A program made the translations under genes and the position numbers. Of a stretch of 64,000 bases of DNA, positions 1 through 7,261 are shown piece after piece (the first letter of the stretch is position 1; each line of letters opens with the position of its first letter). Source of the DNA: Candidatus Binatia bacterium (GTDB lineage: Bacteria > Desulfobacterota > Binatia > Bin18); NCBI GenBank assembly GCA_963664395.2, contig OY761159.2, forward strand, positions 3,424,001 through 3,488,000. The letters run 5' to 3'. The notes beneath the pieces were generated by a model that saw only the letters and a program-made list of their open reading frames with translations, was not told the DNA's origin and did not search any database.

Positions 1-564
1 ATTATGCACATAGCGTTGGGTGAAAACGTAACTGCCACCGGCGAAGTCGGGATCTTCGTCACCGATCAGGGCTACCTCCGCTCGCTCCTTAGCGCCACTC
101 GGATTTTCCGTGCCGTCAATAAACCCGGTCAGATCGCGTGAGTCCAGGTAGCGAAAGCCGTGAACCTCGTCCAGCACGTCTATCGCCTCTCCGAGCTGAC
201 CCCGAATCTGTGTGGCCAGCTCGAAATTGAGGTCCAGCCGTTTTGAGATGAGGTGAAACAGGATGTCACCGCCTGTGCTTGGTGCGGTCTTGCCCGGCAG
301 GTCAATGGCGCTGAAGGGTCGCAACCCCCTGGGCCGTCGGCCTGGGGAGAGCACATCCCAAAAGCCCGAGCCAAAACTGACCGTACACACCAGAGCGGCC
401 TCCGGGTCGTGCCGGCCAACCGCTGTCACCAACTCGGGAACGCCGGCGACCACCCCGGCGACCGTTCCGCCGTTGGTGGTTGGATTGTTGACTCTGGTGA
501 CCAGAAAGAGGGCATGTTGATTCGGCTCTGGAATGATGCCCGCCTGCGGCGTGTGTGCTGCCAT
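1..564 (-). CDS. Dyp-type peroxidase (YfeX-like), 3' end runs off window
   Basis: Not in the ORF track. Manual translation from ATG 564 gives MAAHTPQAGIIPEPNQHALFL...GFRYLDSRDLTGFIDGTENP...GGSYVFTQRYVHN, which has the DyP GxxDG motif. AGGAGG-like RBS upstream. Confidence 0.9.
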   Translation of the reverse strand, partial: MAAHTPQAGIIPEPNQHALFLVTRVNNPTTNGGTVAGVVAGVPELVTAVGRHDPEAALVCTVSFGSGFWDVLSPGRRPRGLRPFSAIDLPGKTAPSTGGDILFHLISKRLDLNFELATQIRGQLGEAIDVLDEVHGFRYLDSRDLTGFIDGTENPSGAKERAEVALIGDEDPDFAGGSYVFTQRYVHN

Positions 565-714
565 TTCTCCCTCCTGAGGTGTGCTGGATTGCGCCTCCGA
601 TACCCCTTAACTGTAATTGAGGGCGGGGCTCCATGCCAGTCAGGTTGCGGCTCGGAACGAAAGAAAGGAGAATTATAGACTGAATTGGCCATTCGCCCGT
701 TCCGCCAGACTGCC

Positions 715-1143
715 CTATAGGAACGCAAGCAGACCAAGGGCGGCCACAATCAAGCTAACAATCTTCCAGACTCTCTCCGCCTTGTCCCGTCTCTCCATTT
801 CCTCCTTGAACGTGGATTCGGTCAGGGGTTTGTCGTCCTGAATACCCGCAAGCGCCCGAACGGCGACCCGGCCCGCCTTGCCGGACTTCGCCAGACCAGC
901 AAGCCACGTTTGATGCAGCAGCCTCGCCGACACGGAATCAGCGGCATTTTCCTTGGCGTCCGTCATCGTGGGGAATTCGTCCCCACGAACATATCCGCCG
1001 TTGACGCCGAATACGTTCTGCGTGTCCCGGAGCCAGAGAACTGCCGTGTTCGAATTTGGATCGAGCTTGACGTGTCCTAGCTCTTCAATGTTCTTCCCGA
1101 CCTTCTGGAGAACGTTGTCGCTGTCCCAAACAACGCTGCTCAT
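715..1143 (-). CDS. hypothetical protein with C-terminal transmembrane helix
   Basis: Start taken at ATG 1143 (MSSVVWDSD...). Ends in hydrophobic IVSLIVAALGLLAFL. No recognisable family. Confidence 0.55.
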   Translation of the reverse strand: MSSVVWDSDNVLQKVGKNIEELGHVKLDPNSNTAVLWLRDTQNVFGVNGGYVRGDEFPTMTDAKENAADSVSARLLHQTWLAGLAKSGKAGRVAVRALAGIQDDKPLTESTFKEEMERRDKAERVWKIVSLIVAALGLLAFL

Positions 1144-1289
1144 CGTCCATCCCGTCCCGGTTGCACCGCGTGGCTCCTCTAGTTTTCTTTGGGAATTATA
1201 TATTTGACTAGCCGTTGCAGCTAGTGGAGATTTAGGGGTCAGGACTGCGGAAAATCTGGAGCAGTGGTTTTTGAAACCCGTTGATCCCG

Positions 1290-1468
1290 TTACCCTTCCA
1301 GCCACCCAAAAATCTTAGCGATATCTGTCGCCATGGTATTCAGTCTGCCCTCAAGATACTCGCGTTGGCGCTGACGGCCTTGGGCAATGCTGACCCAGAG
1401 GGCTAAGACAGAAATCACCACTGTTGCGATCGTCAGTGCAAACCCTATCCAGACCGGACAAGATGCAT
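1290..1468 (-). pseudogene. frameshifted small membrane/coiled-coil protein
   Basis: RBS AGGA plus ATG at 1468 reads MHLVRSG*. The shifted frame reads PVWIGFALTIATVVISVLALWVSIAQGRQRQREYLEGRLNTMATDIAKIFGWLEG* (TM plus coiled coil) and has no start of its own ahead of the TM helix. Confidence 0.45.
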
Positions 1469-1474
1469 GGTGTC

Positions 1475-1609
1475 CTACTCATCGAGATCGAACAACGCAC
1501 GGGCAAGCGCGGCAGCGCGCTCATGGACTTCTTCCGGGATGGGAGGGGTCTCCTGTTCAGGGGGCTCTTCTGCGGTCACCAGCGGCTGGACATCCTTTTC
1601 CTTGTCCAT
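1475..1609 (-). CDS. small acidic hypothetical protein (44 aa)
   Basis: GGAGG RBS; MDKEKDVQPL...PPIPEEVHERAAALARALFDLDE; starts 1 nt after the upstream ORF stop. Confidence 0.55.
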   Translation of the reverse strand: MDKEKDVQPLVTAEEPPEQETPPIPEEVHERAAALARALFDLDE

Positions 1610-1610
1610 G

Positions 1611-1823
1611 TTACCCTCCCTGTGAGGACGGATTGGGCTGATTACGTTCCAGGAGTGCCCGCAGGCCCGCACTCTGCTCGCGGATACCCGCAGCCATACT
1701 GAGCATGAGTTCATTACTCGCCGCACGATTATCATTGCTTTTACGCATTTCGTTAATCCCCCATAGAATTGCTCCAAGCTGGGCGAAATACGTCACAATG
1801 GACAGCCACTCAAACAGCGTCAT
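1611..1823 (-). CDS. small membrane-anchored coiled-coil protein (70 aa)
   Basis: N-terminal hydrophobic helix (LFEWLSIVTYFAQLGAILWG) followed by an amphipathic helix; purine-rich RBS. Confidence 0.6.
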   Translation of the reverse strand: MTLFEWLSIVTYFAQLGAILWGINEMRKSNDNRAASNELMLSMAAGIREQSAGLRALLERNQPNPSSQGG

Positions 1824-1883
1824 AGTCTCTCTTCCCGTTCAGTGCCACTATCCTATTTCCTTATGGCATATATACCAGGATTC

Positions 1884-2127
1884 GGTAGTGTCTCACTTTG
1901 AAATTTATTCTCCTCGCCGCTGATTGCCTGCCCATCTTTTTCGACGCCCTCGTCATTTTTCTTCACTTCCTACCAATTTTGGTAGGGACAAGAGCGGCAA
2001 ATTATGCGTAGTATCCATTCTTACCAGTGAGGCCAAAATTATCAGCGAGGCCAAAACACTGCGGCAGGCGGAGTCAAGGTCCGCCATACGAGAGCGAAAT
2101 CCAAAGGATTCAAACTGAGACACTACC
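1884..2127. mobile_element. MITE copy 1 (244 bp), probably IS1-family-derived
   Basis: TIRs GGTAGTGTCTCACTTTGAA / TTCAAACTGAGACACTACC. 8-bp TSD CAGGATTC at 1876-1883 and 2128-2135. Near-identical to 29918-30159. Confidence 0.9.
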
Positions 2128-2212
2128 CAGGATTCCGGTATATATCCCACTGTCTCAATCAGCAAGAGGCTCCGTGAGTCGGGCCTTCTGCTCAATAGAA
2201 GAGTGGCATCCA

Positions 2213-2249
2213 GGCGTGGGAGTAGCTACCCGCGTCGCCGCGAATAGGC
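2213..2249 (+). promoter_or_regulatory. conserved leader hairpin motif (copy 1)
   Basis: GGCGTGGG-AGTAGCTA-CCCGCGTC-N3-GCGAATAGGC. The same architecture with compensatory changes is at 30164-30200. Confidence 0.5.
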
Positions 2250-2341
2250 AGGACATTCATAACAGTCTCTTGCTGTGATTGGGACACGGCCCGGCACTCC
2301 CGCCGGTTCGCACCCCTCACCGTTAGAGAAGGAGGCGTATC

Positions 2342-3472
2342 ATGACGGACTGGACCAACACCCGGTTGAATCTGCGGTATCGGTGGAAAACGGTGCTCAT
2401 CTGGGGCATCGGCATCGTGGGGGCATGTGTGGTGGCGTTATGGAGTGGGCGGGCGGACGCCTGGGTGCAAGACTACCAGCCCTTTCCCGATGGCAACGCC
2501 CCCGTTGTCGTCCATCGGTTTTGCCGCGGCCCTGCATGCGGTTCTCTCTCTCAACGGGATTGGCAACAGACCATCCGGTCAGTCGTGGCCGAGTGGAACA
2601 ACACGGGGTCCGCCTTTATGTTTGAAGAGCGAGGGCTCCGCAATACCGACGATCCGTGCCGCCTGCCTGGGGCCGTAGCTGTGATCGTGACCGACCCTGC
2701 GTCCCTGTGCCCAGGAGACGGGCCACTTCGCTACAATGCGAGAACGGAGTTCGGGGGAAGACAAGCACGGGTTTATATCAATGCCACCACCCGCTCTGCT
2801 CGATCCCTGAGCAGCCTTCGCCGGATGCTCCTGCACGAATTCGGCCATGTGGCGGGGCTTAATCACCCGGATGCTGCTGGACAGAATGTGACGGCCGTTA
2901 TGAATGGCACCGTCTATTACGATCACTTACAGGCCGATGATATTGCCGGCATTCAGGCGCTCTATCCAGCATCGGAGGCCCTGGCTGGCCTCCTGGAGAA
3001 CCCAGGAGACGGTTCGTCTCGGAGCGGGATCGGAATTATCTCAGGCTGGGTATGTGAGGCGAATGAGGTGACAATCGAACTGAGTGGAGATTTCTATAAG
3101 CAAGTCTGGAAGGCGGCGTATGGGACCAACCGCCCAGACACCTGGGATGTGTGCGGGGATGGGAACAACGGGTTTGGACTGCTGTTCAACTGGAACCGGC
3201 TGGGCGATGGAAAGCATAGGGTCGTGGCGCTCGTCGATGGAGTCGAACTCGGCCGGGCCACAGTGACCGTGACGACGCTCGGGGAGGAGTTCCTGCGCGG
3301 AGCCAAAGGGGAGTACGTCCTTGAGGACTTTCCCTCCCCCGGCCGTTCGGTCGTGATTGAGTGGGAAGAATCCCTTCAGAACTTCGTCATCAGACCAAGT
3401 GGGGATGAGCCAGAAGAACCACAGGAGTGCCAGTACCCGGAGATCCCGGGGGCGTGCGGGGACGATGGGTAG
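2342..3472 (+). CDS. secreted matrixin-like (peptidase M10/metzincin) metalloprotease with conserved C-terminal repeat domain
   Basis: AGGAGG RBS; N-terminal hydrophobic segment; HEFGHVAGLNH zinc motif and Met-turn (AVMN). C-terminal LENPG...SGWVC...YGT.R.DT...CGD..NGFGLLFNWN domain shared with 30268..34281. Confidence 0.85.
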   Translation: MTDWTNTRLNLRYRWKTVLIWGIGIVGACVVALWSGRADAWVQDYQPFPDGNAPVVVHRFCRGPACGSLSQRDWQQTIRSVVAEWNNTGSAFMFEERGLRNTDDPCRLPGAVAVIVTDPASLCPGDGPLRYNARTEFGGRQARVYINATTRSARSLSSLRRMLLHEFGHVAGLNHPDAAGQNVTAVMNGTVYYDHLQADDIAGIQALYPASEALAGLLENPGDGSSRSGIGIISGWVCEANEVTIELSGDFYKQVWKAAYGTNRPDTWDVCGDGNNGFGLLFNWNRLGDGKHRVVALVDGVELGRATVTVTTLGEEFLRGAKGEYVLEDFPSPGRSVVIEWEESLQNFVIRPSGDEPEEPQECQYPEIPGACGDDG

Positions 3473-3485
3473 GGTCTCAGTTTGA
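3468..3485. repeat. solo TIR of the same MITE/IS family
   Basis: GGTAGGGTCTCAGTTTGA matches the reverse complement of the MITE right TIR at 17/18 positions and supplies the TAG stop of the matrixin gene. Confidence 0.55.
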
Positions 3486-3516
3486 CACTCCCCTAACCGT
3501 CAGGCACAAAAGAGAA

Positions 3517-3540
3517 AAGCCCTAGCAAAAGCTAGGGCTT
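3517..3540. terminator. hairpin, possible terminator
   Basis: AAGCCCTAGC-AAAA-GCTAGGGCTT perfect inverted repeat downstream of the matrixin gene. Confidence 0.5.
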
Positions 3541-3596
3541 AACCGAAGATTACCGCGTCCTGTTGGCGCAGGACACGGAGAAAGTGAGGCGCTCTC

Positions 3597-3836
3597 ATGC
3601 GTCAACGTACCCCTCGCCCTGCGGGCCGTCAAGACATCCCTGAGGAACAGCTTGCGGACAAAGTAGCGGCGTGTGAGATCGGACTCAGTGCTCTCCACGC
3701 CCTTGCGAAATTCGGTAATCCCGACTGGCATCAGGCGTTCAACCAAGAACTCAGCGCACAAGTTCGAGGTAAGGGTCTCGAACCCGCTGTTGCCAGAGCA
3801 CTGGAGCGGATGTTTGACGTGCGTTTGACTTCCTGA
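3597..3836 (+). CDS. hypothetical protein (79 aa)
   Basis: GAGG RBS and ATG start; helical-looking sequence; no family recognised. Confidence 0.4.
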   Translation: MRQRTPRPAGRQDIPEEQLADKVAACEIGLSALHALAKFGNPDWHQAFNQELSAQVRGKGLEPAVARALERMFDVRLTS

Positions 3837-3996
3837 CCCGGTGGGGCGTTTGCTCGCGCTTGGCCCGCCACTCGGCTTGGGCCTCCTGCGAGCGCTTCCT
3901 GTCTGCACGGACGATCTGCGCAACCCGTTGCTCAACGGCGGGGGCGTTGCACCTGACTTGTTCACGATAGACGTATTCAAGAAGCATAGACTGTCA

Positions 3997-4105
3997 TCAA
4001 CCCCCACCCACCAAGTCTTGATACAACAACCGCTGCCCCACACAGCCGGCTACCACATGCGCCATTTGGTCCATCGTCCCCGCCTCCCGGATATTCTGCC
4101 GATAA
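3997..4105 (-). pseudogene. IS1595-family transposase C-terminal remnant
   Basis: RQNIREAGTMDQMAHVVAGCVGQRLLYQDLV resembles the typical IS1595 transposase end (RHNIR..DT.DQM..V..GM.GKRL.Y.DL). It lies immediately inside a GGGAATTATA end; the rest of the gene is absent. Confidence 0.7.
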
Positions 4106-4122
4106 ATAGGTTTATAATTCCC

Positions 4123-4155
4123 AACAAAAGACGCCCGTTCGGCGCGTCTTTTGTT
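4123..4155 (-). terminator. intrinsic terminator of yfbR
   Basis: AACAAAAGACGC-loop-GCGTCTTTTGTT hairpin directly after the stop codon. Confidence 0.75.
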
Positions 4156-4732
4156 AACCCAATTCGTCGAGAGTGAGACGGAAACTCGGGACAAAGGTCT
4201 CCAGAAAATAGCGTACCTCCGGCAGGTCAATCTGCTCAACCGTGTCCTTGAGCGCCTGTTCGGCCTGTGAAAACTCCTGATTGCCTGCGCTGACCTCTTC
4301 CAGGCATTTGAGATACGCACACAGCTTGTCTGCGGCTTTTACCAGCTCTGTGTGGTCGTGGTCGGCTTCATCAGCCAGAAAGAAGGGTTGGTAGTCGTCT
4401 CTGAGTTCTTCGGGCAGCATGCTGAACAGCTTGTGCACCGCGGTCTGCTCAATGGTCTTATAGGCGGTCTTGATCTCAGGGTTAAAATACTTGACCGGTG
4501 TGGGCAGGTCGCCGATCAAGACCTCGCCAACATCGTGGTAGAGGGCCAGAGTTGCGGCTCGCTCCGGGTTCACCTCGCCGGAAAAAAGGCGATTCCGAAT
4601 AACGGCTAACATATGGGCAACCAGCGCGACCTGCAGGCTGTGTTCCTGGATGTTTTCCGGATAGGCGCTATGCATCAGACCCCAGCGCCGAATAAATTTC
4701 ATGCGAGAAAGATACGCAAACAGATGGCTCAT
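4154..4732 (-). CDS. yfbR: 5'-deoxynucleotidase (HD domain)
   Basis: MSHLFAYLSRMKFIRRWGLM...ENIQEHS...YHD...GDLPTPVKY...ADKLCAYLKC...GNQEF. Confidence 0.93.
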   Translation of the reverse strand: MSHLFAYLSRMKFIRRWGLMHSAYPENIQEHSLQVALVAHMLAVIRNRLFSGEVNPERAATLALYHDVGEVLIGDLPTPVKYFNPEIKTAYKTIEQTAVHKLFSMLPEELRDDYQPFFLADEADHDHTELVKAADKLCAYLKCLEEVSAGNQEFSQAEQALKDTVEQIDLPEVRYFLETFVPSFRLTLDELG

Positions 4733-4777
4733 AAGAGACTCCGCATTCGTTCTGCCCGGATCAAGAGTGAAGCCCCG

Positions 4778-6013
4778 TCAGCCTGGGATCATTCCAAATA
4801 CGCGTAAGAATTGAAAGACGCCCAAGCCCGTCACAATGAGCACAACCGCGCTGCCCGCCATATTGGCCAGGGGGCCGTTTGTGTACGCGCCGAGGAGATT
4901 CTCCTTATTCATGACGAACAGGAGACAGCCGGCAAGGAGGGGGAGTAAGCACGCGTTGACCGCTTGGGCAAGCAGGATAGCCATCAGCGGGTGCTGCCCA
5001 AAAAAGGCCAGCCCTGTCCCAATCAGGACGATCGCACTCCACACCAGTCGAACCTTCCCGCTATGGCCGTCTCCTGACCAGCCCAGCACCCCGGCCGTGG
5101 CATAGGCGGCGGCAAGTGGGGCGGTGACGGCACTGGTCAACCCGGCGGCAAACAGGCCGGTCGCAAAAAGGAGACGCGCGTGTGAGCCGACAAGCGGCTC
5201 AAGTTGTCTGGCTATGGAGGCGGCATTTTCCAATGGCATCCCCTGGCCAAAAAAAGCCGAGGCCGCGGTTGCGACCATGGCCAGGGTGAGAACACCACCC
5301 AGACTGATCGAGAGCAGCGTATCGGCACGTGCCTCACGCAGTGCTTGTGGAGCGCGCATTGTAGCCGGCCACTTGGCTTGGACCGTACTGGCGTGCAGAA
5401 ACAAATTGTACGGAACGACTGTGGTGCCGATCAGCGCCATCACTGTCACAAATGACCCGGGGGGTATGGTCGGGCTGAAGAAGCCGGACAAGATGTCCGA
5501 GAGTGCTGGTTGGACGAGAAGAGCCGTCAGCAGAAAGACCCCACTCATGAGCACAACGAGCAGAACCAGCACGCGCTCAATAGCCGCATACGTCCCGGAC
5601 CACAGCAACCCAAAGGCCAGACCGCCAATGAGCAGGGTCCAGGCTGAGGCCGGGAGCCCGGAGACATCGGCTAAGGCCACCGCCGCGCCAAGGATATTGC
5701 CCATCTCAAACGCGGCGTTGCCACAGCCAATGCCGATGACCACAAGGGTCAGGAGCGGGATACGGAGGAGTGGGGTCTGAATAACCGTCCGCAACGCTTC
5801 GCCTAATCCACTGCGCGCAACAACACCGAGTCGGGCCGCCATTTCTTGCAGGACGAGTGTTGCAAAAATGGAAAACCCTACCGCCCACACCAGGGCAAAC
5901 CCAAACTGTGCCCCTGCGATACTAGCGGTCGTTACGGTCCCCGGACCAATAAAGGCGGCGGCAACGAGAAACCCAGGACCAAAGAGACTCTTGCGCTGCA
6001 TGCCTGAGTCCAT
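4778..6013 (-). CDS. NRAMP-family (YcsG-like) transporter
   Basis: FGPGFLVAAAFIGPGTVTT, QEMAARLG, GTTVVPYNLFLH; about 11 TM helices. Start uncertain. Confidence 0.85.
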   Translation of the reverse strand: MDSGMQRKSLFGPGFLVAAAFIGPGTVTTASIAGAQFGFALVWAVGFSIFATLVLQEMAARLGVVARSGLGEALRTVIQTPLLRIPLLTLVVIGIGCGNAAFEMGNILGAAVALADVSGLPASAWTLLIGGLAFGLLWSGTYAAIERVLVLLVVLMSGVFLLTALLVQPALSDILSGFFSPTIPPGSFVTVMALIGTTVVPYNLFLHASTVQAKWPATMRAPQALREARADTLLSISLGGVLTLAMVATAASAFFGQGMPLENAASIARQLEPLVGSHARLLFATGLFAAGLTSAVTAPLAAAYATAGVLGWSGDGHSGKVRLVWSAIVLIGTGLAFFGQHPLMAILLAQAVNACLLPLLAGCLLFVMNKENLLGAYTNGPLANMAGSAVVLIVTGLGVFQFLRVFGMIPG

Positions 6014-6163
6014 AGCATGTTTATGTGGTATAGGCCGAGACAGGTGAGAGTGAACCTCCTTTTTGAGGCACACCGCACAGCCCCTGCTGAGGCAACACCG
6101 TCTCGGGAATGGTCATCGCCCGGCGCGGATGGCGCGGATAGGGCAGGCGGCCGGCCGCGCTGG

Positions 6164-7243
6164 CTAATAGCGCGCCATAACCTGCTCGGAGAAATCCTTG
6201 AACACCGTGCGCGCGGCTGCCATGGGGGGCAGGAGCGTCACTTCTTTCAGGCCGGCCTTTTCGACCGCCCGGAGCTGCTCGATGATTTCCGCCGGCTCAC
6301 CAATCAGACAGGTCGCCTGGATTGCTTCGGGCGTGACAAAGCGGCGCTCTTCGGGCACGAGAAAGGTGCAGTGGCCGTTGTGAAGCTGGAGGTAGCGCTT
6401 GTCCGGCGGCGTCTGCATCTGCTCGACGTGAGCGCAGTATTCATCCCAGATGCCTCTATAGCCGGCGGGGATAACTTCCTCACTGCCGGTTTGTTGATAT
6501 ATTTCGTACACGAAGTGGATAATGGCGGCGACCTGAGAGCCGCACATCTCAATGACCCGATCCGAGGTCAGGGACTCTCCGGGTTGCAGCACAACGGCCG
6601 TTGTAAAAGCCGCGGTATGGAAACTGTCGGGCAATGTCCGCCCCGCCTGTTCCGCCCCTGCTTGGACCTGTTGCCAATCGTTGAGAAAGGCGTCCGGTCC
6701 GGGTTTCACCCCTGCGACCCAGCCGTCCCCAAACTCACCGGTAGTTTTAAGCGCCCGCGGCCCATTGGCAGCGACAATCAGCGGAATCGGATCGTCCAAA
6801 TTCAGGAAGTGCAAGTCCTGATGAAGAAAACGGATCGTGCGCGTTGCGTCGTTGTACGTGTATTCAACTTCTTCCCCTTGGAGGAGGGTTCTGACCACCC
6901 GTAGATACTCTCGGAAGTCTCGAATACGCATCGGCTGCATACCCATGACCCGCATAGCCGTATGGCCGGTGCCAATACCTAAAAAGACTCGGCCGGGTGC
7001 CATGCGATTAATAGAAGCAATGGAGTGGGCGGTGACTGGGGCGATTCTGGTCCCGGGGATGGCAACTCCCGTCCCAATACGGATACGTGACGTGTGCTGG
7101 GCGGCCAGGGCCAAGGTGGCGTAACAGTCCGACCAGATCATCTGCGAGTCTGGGACCCAGGCCCTGTCATAGCCCAGCTCTTCCGCATAGGTGATCATTT
7201 GCCAGTCATCGATTTTCGTGGCTACACACACACCAAACTGCAT
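6164..7243 (-). CDS. LLM-class flavin-dependent oxidoreductase
   Basis: AEELGYDRAWVPDS...TSRIRIGTGV...PGRVFLGIGTG...AANGPRAL. Confidence 0.9.
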   Translation of the reverse strand: MQFGVCVATKIDDWQMITYAEELGYDRAWVPDSQMIWSDCYATLALAAQHTSRIRIGTGVAIPGTRIAPVTAHSIASINRMAPGRVFLGIGTGHTAMRVMGMQPMRIRDFREYLRVVRTLLQGEEVEYTYNDATRTIRFLHQDLHFLNLDDPIPLIVAANGPRALKTTGEFGDGWVAGVKPGPDAFLNDWQQVQAGAEQAGRTLPDSFHTAAFTTAVVLQPGESLTSDRVIEMCGSQVAAIIHFVYEIYQQTGSEEVIPAGYRGIWDEYCAHVEQMQTPPDKRYLQLHNGHCTFLVPEERRFVTPEAIQATCLIGEPAEIIEQLRAVEKAGLKEVTLLPPMAAARTVFKDFSEQVMARY

Positions 7244-7261
7244 GGTCTGCCCTCCTCGTGG

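Larger units (their letters stand above)
1191..4122. mobile_element. putative decayed IS1595-family passenger-carrying element
   Basis: GGGAATTATA at 1191-1200 is inverted relative to TATAATTCCC at 4113-4122. An IS1595-like transposase C-terminus lies just inside the right end. A similar end, GAGAATTATA, is at 668-677. No clean TSD, so boundaries are uncertain. Confidence 0.4.

Noticed and set aside
1924-2118. 64-72 aa ORFs within the MITE copies
   Set aside because: The frames differ between the two copies because of indels, so they are not conserved coding sequence.
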